From Octopus bimaculoides (lineage: Eukaryota): a stretch of DNA of 64,000 bases. Shown in pieces: positions 52,181 to 64,000 of this stretch. Every line of letters begins with the position of its first letter. Positions within the stretch are counted from its first letter, which is position 1. The translations under genes were made by a program, and so were the position numbers. The stretch lies in assembly GCF_001194135.2 (NCBI RefSeq), contig NC_068993.1, positions 49,619,504 through 49,683,503 on the forward strand, in the 5' to 3' direction. Under the pieces are notes generated by a model. The model saw only the letters and a list, made by a program, of their open reading frames with translations. It was not told the DNA's origin and ran no database searches.

Positions 52181-52569
52181 CGGCTCTCATTCAGGTGGCC
52201 TTTTTAGAATTTTTATACAGTTGCTGCAATCATAAACATCAGTGTCAACAACTAGGGTGCTGTTAGTGTCAGCTGATAACATTTTCTCAGTGTAACACTG
52301 TCAGTCAAACCAGGAAAAACTACAATTGCTGAGTCACATAGCTTTATTTTACTGCATTCAAGACTTCACAAAAAGCAAAAATGAAAAGGTTAACATATTA
52401 TTTAAACTGTATCTCTTTCATAGATTCAGGCATGTTGACATTTGCACATATGTATACTTAAAAAATATATCCGTACACACAAAAACTAATGTACATACAC
52501 GTGCACATACATTGACATTTTCATACATCTATGTCTGTTTGTCTCTGCCTCTGTGTGTATGTGTGTGTC

Positions 52570-52618
<49 letters not shown>

Positions 52619-53332
52619 ATACACACACACATACACATTACTTTATTAAACAGTAGAAATATAGTATTTTTAATCTATTTATAAAACACTAAGAGAACAT
52701 TAAAGAAATATAATTAAAATTTTAAAAAAAGCTCATAAAATAACAGAATAAGCTAAAAAACACAATTTAAAGAAGCTACAGACACAGTTTTAGAAAGTCA
52801 TGTAACTGCTGCAGAACTTAATTAATTCCAAGTATTTCTAATTAGTTCTTCATAATCTCATGAATAGATAAACAGAATGTTACTGTTTTTAATAGAGCTT
52901 TGCACTAAAAATGGTAACCACATGCAACACTATTGATTTCTCTTGCCTATTTTCTTGACGAAAAGGCTAATTTTTCTTAATTGTTCCTGCATCGTCACCC
53001 GGGGAATAGATTTGCTTTAGTATCTTTAATATCTAACCAATTTTCCCCTATGAAAATTAATTTTTATTCCCCTGTAACAATATCTGACTGCTAATAGTTT
53101 TGATGTTATCTTTATTGCACATTTATTTACAAGCTGGCTGAATAGACTTTGCTCTGGTGCTTGCTTCAGCTTGCATAGCAAATGAATTCTGTGTTTGTGT
53201 CAGTTCTGTTGTATGCATAACTAACTTCCGGCAGTGTTTTGGCTAGTATTTCACTTCAGTTCGAACCCCCACATTGCTTTCATCTCCCACTTTCTGTCGC
53301 TTTGTCCTAACTGTCTGATGCTAATAAATTCC

Positions 53333-53726
53333 TTTCTCTACTCTTTTACTTGTTTCACTCATTTGACTGCGGCCATGCTGGAGCACCGCCTTTAGTCGAG
53401 CTAATCGACCCCAGGACTTATTCTTTGTAAGCCTAGTACTTATTCTATCAGTCTCTTTTTGCCAAACCACCAAGTTACGGGCACCTAAACACACCAGCAT
53501 CAGTTCTCAAGCGATGGTGGGGGGACAAACACAGGCACACAAACACACATACATATATATATATATATATACATATATACGATGGGCTTCTGTTCAGTTT
53601 CTGTCTACCAAATCCACTCACAAGGCTTTGGTCGGCCCGAGGCTATAGCAGAAGACACTTGCCCAAGGTGCCACGCAGTGGGACTGAACCCGGAACCATG
53701 TGGTTGGTAAGCAAGCTACTTGACCA
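53333..53726 (-). mobile_element. Young CORE-type SINE (slightly 5'-truncated)
   Basis: Reverse complement aligns at high identity along 24497-24965 and 62868-63272. Confidence 0.92.
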
Positions 53727-53800
53727 TACTTCACTGTTTGACTTTAGCCTTTGTCATTACCTTGGTGAAAAATAGCAGTCCCCTTTGAGTGGTCAACAGC

Positions 53801-55443
53801 CTTCATATAGTACTAGGGATGTCTTGCTTTGTGCAACATTGAATGCCCCCTTTCATATACTACTAATCCCCACTTTCAATATAGTACTAGTTACCACCTT
53901 TCATATAGTACTGGATACAGCCCATCATATAACACTGGTTATCTCATATAATATAGAACTGGCTACCTTATTTCATATAGAACTAGCTACTACACTTCAT
54001 ATAGAACTAGCTACTACACTACATATAGAATTGGCTAATACCCTCCATACAGCATTAGCTTAGAGCTTCTCATAAAGCACTGGCTACCACTCTTCATGTA
54101 GCATAAGCCACCACTCTTTTTATACCACTGGCTACCACCCTTTATATACTACTGGCTACCACTGTTTACATACTACTGAATTTTGCCTTTCGTATAGAAC
54201 TGCCTGCCATTTTTCATATAGTACTTGCTACTATCGTTCACATACCACCAAATGCCACCATTCATATTTCACTGAAACACCACAAGCTACCACACTTAAT
54301 ATAAAAGAGGCTACCAAACTTCATATTGCACAGACTACTACACTTCATATAGCACTGGATACTAATCTTCATATCTCACTGGCTACTGCCCTTCGTATAC
54401 CACAAATTACTATCCCTACAGAACTGACTCTACTCTTTATATAGAACTGGCTACTGCCCTTCATATAGAACTGGCTACCACCCTTCATATAATACTGGCA
54501 GCTATCCTTCATATAGAGCTTACTTCCTCCCTCCATATATAATGGTCTACTATCTTTTATTTAGCACTGGCTATCAAACCTTACATAGCATTGGTTACTA
54601 TTCTTGATATATAACTGGCTACCACAGGCAGTCACCCATCATATAAAGAAGGCTACCATCCTTTATATAGCACATCATATCGCATTGGCTACCACTCTTC
54701 ATATACCACTAACCACCATATTTCATATAGCATTGGCTTCACCCCTTTATATACTAAAGGTTGCAATTGTTTATATGCCACAGACTACCACTCTCCTTAT
54801 CATGGAGGTTACCACTTTTCATATTACACTGGCTATCACCTACCATCTGCTACTGTTGTCCACCCTTTATATACCCTCTATATTCTTTCTGGAACAAGGA
54901 GCCTTCCAAATACCACAGGTATTTCAAAGGCTACCATATTTCATATAGCACAAACTACCACTTTTCATAAAGTGATGGCTACCAGATTCTACAAATATCA
55001 CAGTTTACCATCCTTCATATAATGTTTGCTGCTAGTCTTCATAAAATATCGGTCATCAGCTTTCATATAGCCCTATCCTTAACCTCACCTGGTCACCATT
55101 CATTGTTTAGCATTGGTCTCTGCACTTTTTGGATGATATTGACCTCAATCCTTCATGTCGCATTGACTCTCACATTTTGTATTGCATTGGTATCAATTTT
55201 TAATTTTCCATATAGTACTGGTCTTTGCCCTTCACATAGCACCAACATTTGCTTTTGCTATGAAGCTGGACTCAGTCTTTCACCTTTAGTATGGTGTTGG
55301 CTTTTGACTTTTGTATGGTACCAGCATTTAATTTTTAATATAATATATCATATCACACTTAGCTCTGTCTTTTGCTTTGCACTATTTCCATCCTATGCAT
55401 CATGCTGGACTATGTCTTTCCAGTGGCACTGGCCTCTGTCCTC
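53801..55443. repeat. Degenerate 24-bp minisatellite array, consensus approx. CTTCATATAGNACTGGCTACYACN
   Basis: Units such as cttcatatagaactagctactaca, cttcatatagcactggatactaat and cttcatatagaactggctaccacc lie in 24-bp register. The array is most regular at 53850-54900 and decays rightwards. Confidence 0.9.
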
Positions 55444-56419
55444 TCTTTCTCTCTCTCTCTCTCTCTCAGTCTCTGACTACCAATAATTATATTGAAAGTC
55501 AATCTCATTGGTGATTAATCATATACTCCTAACTGAACAATTCATTGTCAATTTTACTCCATTAATTTTATTTTAACTTTGTTTTTATTATGATTTTTTA
55601 TCTTCCACCACTTTTCTTGATATTGTTTATTGTTTCAATTTGACTTCAATTGAACTTCAAGTTTATATTAAAACCCAAAGAATCGATTTCTTTTTTATTA
55701 TTTAGTTTTTTAGCTTATTTTTTAGGTTCTTCAAGTTGTGCTTTTTTTTTCTATTTACTTATTAAAAGTTGATTCATGAATAAATAACTGTTGACCATGA
55801 TGTATTATTTCTACAAAGAAACAATTGAAAAAATACACACTCTGTACTGTGTTTATTTGTATGTATGTACGCATGTATGTTCGCTTCTGTATGTCTATAT
55901 ATGTATTTAGGTATAAATATATGTAAGCTTGTCAGTATTGTTTCAGTAATTCATTTGAAAATATTGTTTTTTGGACTTTTTTTTTTAAAGAGTTATATCT
56001 TTAGTTATTCAAGTAAATTAATGGGTTCTGTTATAGTTACGGCAAAATGTCACTTTGCTTGGCAATAAATCAGCAAATCATTCAGTACTTGATGTTTAAA
56101 TAACTTACCAGTTTAACCCTTTAAAAATGCATTATTTTCTTTTATTCCTCTTATAATTTTACCTTTTGGTCAGGAAAAATATATTTTGATTTAAAAGGAA
56201 AGGAAGAAAGAAAAAGTAATATATATATATATATATATATATAAAATAAAACTTTGAAAATAAAAGAATGAACATAAAAAAATATATAAATAAAAGAATG
56301 AAATAAAACAGTTTTTATTTGCATGAGAGAAAATGTTTCCTCAAATATTGTTCTGATATTCCTTGAAAGCCATTTAGATTTTCTGGTAAATATGGGTAGC
56401 TTTAATGTTCTTGTGTATT

Positions 56420-56583
56420 AAGTTGCTGTTTTCGTTTTGCCCTAGATCAGCCCTGTTTGGGGCAAAGACATTCCAACCATGACCATCTCATCTTTTTCGC
56501 GTGCATAGGGAACCTAAAATCACATTATCCGACATATCTTTTTCTAAGATAATAAGGTGTGATTTGAGGAAGATTTTGCTATT
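56420..56583 (+). repeat. Family U dispersed repeat copy
   Basis: gccctagatcagccc...caaagacattccaaccatgaccatctc...ggtgtgatttgaggaagattttgctatttc. Confidence 0.65.
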
Positions 56584-56830
56584 TCATCATCATCTTAATG
56601 TCTGCTTTTTCCATGCTAGTAGATGAGACTACATTGGGGCAGAATGCCCTTCTGGGGAACAAATGACACTGTTTGTATGAGCCTTTTATTTAGAAAGATT
56701 GTGCAACATGCCAAGACATGCCAAGAAGCCCAGACATGATTTTGCAGTGGACTGCTTTCACAATGAATGACACTTTTGCTTACATACAGGAATATGAAGG
56801 AAGATACAAACTCATTTGCACAAACACACA
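56584..56830 (-). mobile_element. Decayed RTE-tailed element
   Basis: catcatcatcttaatgtctgctttttccatgctag...gaatgcccttc is the reverse of the RTE-type tail. Confidence 0.55.
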
Positions 56831-56860
56831 AACTTGTGCATGCAAACACACATATGTATG

Positions 56861-57078
56861 TGAGGGAATACTAAAAAGTTCCAGGCTTTAAGGGTATTGT
56901 GAAAGGTCCGGTTGCAGGCCAAGACTTTTGAGTTTTTTTTACAAGGCTTAAAAAAACTGAAGAACTACTGCAATAAGTGTGTGAATCTGAGAATAGAATA
57001 TGTTGAATAAAATCATAATTAACTGATCTTCCTGTATCTTCTGTTACCTAAAGGCAAAAACTTTTCTGCACTCCCTCA
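56861..57078 (+). mobile_element. 218-bp mariner-derived MITE (internal deletion derivative)
   Basis: Imperfect TIRs tgagggaatactaaaaagtt and aaacttttctgcactccctca, with right flank TA and left flank TG. The interior encodes EFFLQGLKKLKNYCNKCVNLRIEYVE* (stop ends 57010), matching the mariner transposase C-terminus FYxxGIxKLxxRWxKCVxxxGxYVE. Confidence 0.85.
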
Positions 57079-57786
57079 TACACATGTACATGTGTGTATG
57101 CATATGTATGTTACATATATATGTGTGTGTGTGTGTGTGTGTGTTTGAGAGAGAAGAGAAGAGAGAGAATGTGAGAGAGAGAGATGATCATTTGTATTAT
57201 ATATTTTTATGCACACACAGATACTGCAACTAGAAGCAAGACACTGCTGAAATGACATTTCAGTTAACGGGTTAGATCAAACCTGTATATTTTTTCCTTC
57301 GGGTTAAAAAACAAATAAAATACTAACATCAAAAACAGTTTTAATACCAAGTGGCAATTTTGATATCCTACTTAATGTAGATGTAATGCAAGAACACCAA
57401 ATACTGCTGTGTTCATCCTGAGAGAAACTTTTATATGGACACACAAGGCTAAGAACATATTAACAGAGGAGAATTGTTTGGTATGGGCACTAGAACTGGC
57501 AGATCATGGGATTTCAGCGTACTGTGTTTCTTCAGTGACAATGCTCATTTGCTGCATACCAGCCAAATCTCATTATCAACATATATATATAGAGAGAGAA
57601 TAACAGTGACATATGTTAGTTATTTGTTTTAACTAAGTAGATTATCATTTTCATTGAGCTTATTTTGACTAATCCCACCATGTCACAAGAATTTTCTTCT
57701 ATCAATGTACTTAGAATATAAGCATTTTATTTTCAAGTGCAATTTCCAAACCACAGTATGGAGCAGTGATCAAACTAATGAATGAA

Positions 57787-57985
57787 TCTTTTTGTGGTCG
57801 TTTAACCTGATAGGACAAAAATAACAGAGAAATTTCCCTCATATCAAATCTTATCTTAAAAAGAGATGGACTCTTTGGATAACATAATCCTAGAAATGTA
57901 TTACCTGAAAAGATGCTTGAATGTCAAGTCAATGTTAGAATGCTTTTGGTTTTTGATTGGTTTCATCAGAGCTAAAAGAAAAAAA
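57787..57985 (-). repeat. Family U dispersed repeat copy
   Basis: gtggtcgtttaacctg...aaatttccctcatatcaaatcttatctt...ttagaatgcttttgg...catcagagctaaa. Confidence 0.5.
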
Positions 57986-58283
57986 ATATCAAGACAGAGG
58001 TATTTGCAAAAGTGAACAGCAATTAACAAAAGTTTCATCTCTTTCATTTGATTTCATCTCTTCTTTATTAACATGTTAGAATTCCCTTTTCATCTGTTTT
58101 CTCAAAAGCGCTGCCCAAAGATTGGGGTGTTGCCAGATTTTTGTGGTGTAGAAAGGTGAAAGACTTAACATGATTTTTGGTAGATATTAACAATAGTACA
58201 TCATGTTTTGAACTTGTCATCAGAAAATATTGATCTCAGTATTTGTAGCTCTGTATCACTTTGACCAAATGTCTGTGAAATGT

Positions 58284-58326
<43 letters not shown>

Positions 58327-60963
58327 CTTTGTCTTACTTGAATTCTGATTTTGATAGTGAACAATACTATATACTATGAACAATTAAAACTCTTGCTGCA
58401 AAATTAAACATTATTCCAGTTATAAGTATCCTCTGATCTATTGTATCCATGACTTTCCAATTAGCAAATTATGATTCTTCATCTAACAGCTAAATGTTCT
58501 ATGTCTTTACTTTTTTAATTTCCCTAAAAGCAAGAAACTAAAAGGCAAAATATCTGAAGCTTCATTTAAGATTCACATGTATAAGAAATAAAACAACAAT
58601 TGAACATTGCAAGCAAGTGAAATAGAAAATTTAAACAGGGTAACTTGAAAAAAAAAGATGTCTGTATGTCTATATTTTGAGGCATGAATTGTTACTGGAG
58701 TAGTGTGTCTTTTTTCAGACTGTTAATCAAGTCTTTTGTATTTTTATCAATACAATGTATTGATTGGTCTAATTTCTGATTGCCTTCAGATGCCATTTTC
58801 TACTTACCGATATATCTTTTGTTTTAGCTTCAACGAAGAACTTTTATTTCTTATATGTAGTGGATAAAAGTATTGAAATAATGTGTTGGAAATTAAGATT
58901 GAGAATTTAATCAAGGGTATGAAAGCAGGATGCCTGTAGGGGATAAGAGAATATACACCAATCAAAACATCATGTAGCTAGAAACAGTAAAATATTGTAA
59001 TAGTCTGACTAGCACAGCTTTAAACTAATTTCTAATCTAAAGTTACTAAGAGCTCCAAAAGCAAGCCAAAAGTGTAACAAATCTGTAACCCAGTTTTCTG
59101 CCCTTAGTTGAATCGTTTTTGCTAAGAGGCATTAATATCACAACATCCTGTTTTTTTCTCACCTTTTCCTATAAATATTCAAGGCCTCTTGTGCCTCATT
59201 AACAGAAATCAATATTAAGCCTAAAGCTGAATCAGACAACTAATTAACTTGTCAGTTCATATCGACATTGTTAAATTTATAGTCCTAGATATTTAATAGC
59301 ACATATAAAATGTCTTTGGCTTCAATATGCTTTGATGCTTTTTATTTATGCTCAATAAAGTTGTTATGATTCTAGCTTGTAGCTATGGTAAACAATCACT
59401 GGACTCCAGTTTGATGCTATTTACTTAGAGTAGTCAACTCAAGAGGATTATGCTTGGAAGCAAGTCAATGTATATTTATTGTCTAGCTTTTTTTTTTATC
59501 TTTTTGCAAAGCTAAATTGTTAAAAATTAACATTCAATATGCATGTTAGTATTAGACAACATTTATTTTCCTTTATCAGTAAAACAAGTAGGTAGTTTAC
59601 CTAAAATTTTAATTACCTAAAAAAACTAATTAAATAGGAAAGTGGAGAACCATTTTAAATTACTTTTGCATTTTTCTTTTTCTTTGTTTTTTTTTTTTGT
59701 ATTTTATGTTCATGAGTTAATTGCTTTTGCAATTAGAGTGGTAAGCTTTGTTTACCACTAGATCTCAAAAGTTAATGTTGCATAAAGTCATGCCTGTTAC
59801 TTCTATTAAGAAAGCCTGGAGTAGGTTAAAAACTTGTATAGCACTTGATGTTTAGTTAGATATAAGTGATCAGAATAAGTACTTTAATATGATGGTAGTA
59901 CAAAGTTGTAAATGTGTTTCACTCCACTGCTACTTATTAGATTTGATTTGTGTGTGTGAAATGGCAAATTCTCTCTGTTTATCTTGATCTTAGTTCATTT
60001 CAATGAGCTTCAAGTACTTTGTTCAGATTTTGCTTAGGTTATTTCTGTGCAGAGCATTCTATCTGCCTTGAGCCATTGTTAAGTCAGTTCTGCTTCAATA
60101 GTTACTGACTGCAAATTAAAAACTGTTGTTGAGTAAACTTTCTTCATATTAGCACATATTTCCATACAGTCTGATTACTTTCAAGCAATAAACAGTTCTC
60201 AAATATCTCATAGACATAGGTAAAACTTCCTGATCAAGTGAGATAGACATAAATAAAGGCAGACAAATGTGATTGTATTATTGTAAAATAATATTTTTTC
60301 CCCACTGAAAGTATATTCACATAGCTGAAAGTTAATTAAATGTTAAGTCTAAACATGCATTTTTATTAATGAAATTCTTTTCAATGAATTGATGGATTTT
60401 TCATAGCTTTACTATATAAGCATGAAAACTAAAATTGATCTTGCTTTTTCTTTTTTATATTTTGAAAATTATTTTAGAAATTGATTTCTTTTATTTCATT
60501 TAAAAATCAGAATTCTTTCTATTTGCCAGAATGAAGGCTACACACACATAACATGTTTAACATTCGATTTATTTCTAAAAATACATTGATAACAGTATTT
60601 TAACATTCTTAGAAAATCATTTTCAGTAGTAGTCTGTATGGAATATTTTCAGAAATTGTTTCCATACAGCCATTCAACTCATATACATGGCTGCAAACAG
60701 AGCAGATTTAAATATTTTCCATTCACACTGAGGATAATAATTACTCAGATGGCTTTCTCGAAAATTTCATTGTCGTAACAGATACCTCTCTGGGAAACGC
60801 AAGCAAGGTTTATTCAAATAATTTCACAGGATATTAAACATGTTTATCTCTCATTTCCCAACCTTAGGCTTAAAATATCTATAGAATTCTTCTTTGTGCA
60901 ATTCTATATGTGTTAACCACCAATTTTAGTGAGTTATAGATTATTACCTCAGAGACACCATCA

Positions 60964-61065
60964 CAGCATGGATAAGATCTTTACTTCATAGATCAGAAGT
61001 TCGATTCTCATCATAGTTGGTGCACTGAACAAACCATTTAATACATTCTCCTTGCAGTGTTAGAA
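60964..61065 (+). mobile_element. Very decayed tRNA/CORE-type SINE
   Basis: catggataagat...gaagttcgattctc...gcactgaacaaaccatttaat. Confidence 0.3.
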
Positions 61066-61906
61066 TGGGGCAGTTAATATGTAATTTACTTCTTTTTCTG
61101 TTAGAGTCTTAATTTCATGCCAACCTTGAGATTCATTGAGGCAATCGTTATAAGAGTCATTACAACTGATTAAATCTCTAGTTCTATTTGAGTTCCTTGA
61201 TCAAATGAATTTAAACTTTTTTTTCCCTAGAATTGCATGTGAAATGAATTTTAATTCCAATTATTAATTTGAATTTTATATTGCTTTTCTATCCATTGAC
61301 ATTGTTGTTGTAGTTTGAAAATAATTACTGGAAATATAGACTTGATGCAGTAATGCATAGGTGCTGGATTTTGAAATACCCAACAGTAAGCAGTTAAATA
61401 GTATAGTAATGGTCAATAAACAATATTAGTGCGTTTGTGTGTGTGCATGCATGTGTGTGTGCGCGCGCTTCAAACACTAAAGCTGGCTATTTAATTTAAA
61501 GGTGGTGATAAAATTCTTTCACATGTGTGCATGGCTGAAAGAGATGGTAGAAGGCTAGAACAAAATAAGTGAGGTGGTGAGCTAAAAAAAAAAAAAAGAA
61601 TTTTTAATATTTATATATTTTTTAGTTGTTACTTAAAATTATGAAGTGAATTAAATTGCTGAAAACAGTAAAAATTTTTTTTAAAAAGTATCAAAACATA
61701 AAAAAAAAAAAATTTTATATTATTTTGTTTTGTTATAACAACATTAAATTCAAACGATAGCTTGTTTGCTTTCTCTCTTCTGAACCTGTAATTAAGGTTT
61801 TAGTTGAATTAGAATTGTAAATTTTTGCTTGAATATAAAATTTGAAGAGTTACAGGGATTTTTCATTTATTTCTATTTTTCTTTATGTAATACAATTTTT
61901 CTGTTT

Positions 61907-62093
61907 NNNNNNNNNNNNNNNNNNNNNNNNNNNNNNNNNNNNNNNNNNNNNNNNNNNNNNNNNNNNNNNNNNNNNNNNNNNNNNNNNNNNNNNNNNNNNN
62001 NNNNNNNNNNNNNNNNNNNNNNNNNNNNNNNNNNNNNNNNNNNNNNNNNNNNNNNNNNNNNNNNNNNNNNNNNNNNNNNNNNNNNNNNNNNNN
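61907..62093. other. Assembly gap (187 N)
   Basis: N run. Confidence 1.
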
Positions 62094-62867
62094 AGGATTC
62101 CTGAAAATAATAGAATTTTGGTTTTTCTTCCACAAATTAAATGCTACTTAGTAATACCAAAGTTCATAAAATTTCAAAGATAATATAGAATTAAAATAGA
62201 ATGCTGTGTTTTGTTTCATTGTTTTGTATTATATTTAGACTGTTTTAACATTCACAATATTATATCCTTTTTTTTTTTTTTACTTTGTCTGCCACCATTG
62301 AGTTTTATTTTCAGTTTTAGTTTCTTTTACTTCATTTCTTTTCTTCTTAACTTTATGGAAGTTTAAACTTGATTTTTTTCCTGGGTTTCTTTCTTAGTGT
62401 TTATTATTTTTATGTATTTTTTTCCAGAGCAGTTTTATTGTAAATAGTTGCATGTTTCTTCTTTTTTTTTACTCTATCTGCATTTAACCTTTTTATTCTA
62501 GAAGTAGAACTGGAACATTGAACATCTTGATTAGTGGTTCCCCTGTTTGTTTTTGCTGTTTCAAACTTTTGTGTTCTACTTTTATAGAAGCAATCATCCC
62601 TGTTAAATGAAAAGAGGTCATTGTTATATGAACTTCGTGTAACTCAGGGATGTCCTCGTAAGAATTATTTAGAAGTCATTGCTGCTTGTTCAGTGAAAAA
62701 ACTACTTTCATAATTGTTTGAACATATGATCCTTTAATCTAATCATAGAAAGAAGTTTTGTTTTTAATGAGTCTCTTATGAAATCTCAGAAAAAGTATTT
62801 ACTATTCAGCTTTATTTGATGTGTTTGCTGTAGATAAACAAGATTTATCTCCATGGACTAGAGATCT

Positions 62868-63074
62868 CTCTCTCTTTACTCTCTTTTACTTGTTTCAGTC
62901 ATTTGACTGCGGCCATGCTGGAGCACCACCTTTAGTCAAGCAAATCAACCCCAGGACTTATTCTTTGGAAGCCTAGTAGTTATTCTATCGGTCTATTTTT
63001 GCCGAACCGCTAAGTTATGGGGACGTAAACACACCACCATCGGTTGTCAAGCGATGGTGGGGGGACAAACACAA

Positions 63075-63109
<35 letters not shown>

Positions 63110-63272
63110 CGACGGGCTTCTTTCAGTTTCCGCCTACCAAATCCACTCACAAGGCTTTGGTTGGCCCGAGGCTATAGTAGAAGACACTTGCTCAAGGTGC
63201 CACGCAGTGGGACTGAACCCAGAACCATGTGGTTGGTAAGCAAGCTACTTACCACACAGCCACTCCTGCGCC
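62868..63272 (-). mobile_element. Young full-length CORE-type SINE
   Basis: Reverse begins ggcgcaggagtggctgtgtggtaag at 63272 and ends with the aagtaaaagagagtaaag tail; A- and B-boxes are intact. Confidence 0.95.
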
Positions 63273-63722
63273 TTTGACATTGTTGAAAGGTTTTGATAGA
63301 CAGTGAATTAGAAGAGTTGTAATCCTGTTCAGTATTTAGACATCTGTATTTAGAAAGCTTGTATTTCCTCATTTGCATGTCTATTAAATTTCTGACTATT
63401 ATTCATGATTCATTTTTAATTTCAAAATCATCATTTTACTTTCACTTTCACTTTTTTTATACTGGCTCATGTTGGATGAATTGTTGCAATCCAAGTCTAT
63501 CCTTATCCAGAATTATTGTCCTCCTAGATGTCCCGTAGACCACTTTTCACTTTTGTACATTTCATTACTGGTATGGTTTCTATGGCTGGATACCCTTTGA
63601 ATCACTGATCACTTTACAGAATGTACTGGGTGCATTTTATCATGGTACTAGCTCTAGAGAGACTGCCTTATTTTTGACAAGGCTAAAGAATTTGGTCATC
63701 TGTACCAGCAAAATTGTTTCAC

Positions 63723-64000
63723 TGGCTGTGTGGTAAGTAGCTTGCTTACCAACTACATGGTCTCGGGTTCAGTCCCACTGCGTGGCACCTTGGGCAAGTG
63801 TCTTCTACTATAGCTTCGGGCCGACCAAAGCCTTGTGAGTGGATTTGGTAGACGGAAACTGAAAGAAGCCTGTCGTATATATGTATGTGCGTGTATATGT
63901 TTGTGTGTCTGTGTTTGTCCCCCCAACATCGTTTGACAACCGATGCTGGTGTGTTTATGTCCCCGTAACTTAGCAGTTCGGCAACAGAGACCGATAGAAT
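63723..64000 (+). mobile_element. Young CORE-type SINE, runs off the window end
   Basis: tggctgtgtggtaagtagcttgcttacc...gggttcagtcccactgcgtggcaccttgggcaagtgtcttc...gacaaccgatgctggtg. Confidence 0.95.

Noticed and set aside
53801-55443. Array as CRISPR or as C2H2 zinc-finger remnants
   Set aside because: There are no unique spacers between repeats and the context is eukaryotic. The period is 24 bp, not 84 bp, and there is no HTGEKP linker on either strand.

Overview
AT-rich, microsatellite-dense eukaryotic genomic DNA with 8 assembly gaps (3,500 N in total). The SINE and LINE families match my recollection of coleoid cephalopod (Octopus) repeats; this assignment is an inference and no search was run. 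I found no protein-coding gene I can recognise. Most ORF-track entries translate (TA)n/(TG)n/(AAT)n repeats, N runs or antisense transposon remnants, so the window is probably intronic or intergenic. It holds three kinds of tRNA-headed SINE (CORE-type, Nin-type and a third type), young RTE LINE 3' ends whose tail is shared with some SINEs, decayed CR1/Jockey-group and Dong/R4 LINE fragments, a Penelope-like terminus, a 218-bp mariner MITE and an old unclassified dispersed repeat. The least explained structure is a ~1.6-kb degenerate 24-bp tandem array at 53801-55443. Also notable are a near-identical inverted SINE pair at 62868-64000 and head/tail module shuffling among the SINEs. I cannot support a claim of a new biological system from sequence alone. 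Boundaries of decayed repeats are by eye, about +/-20 bp.
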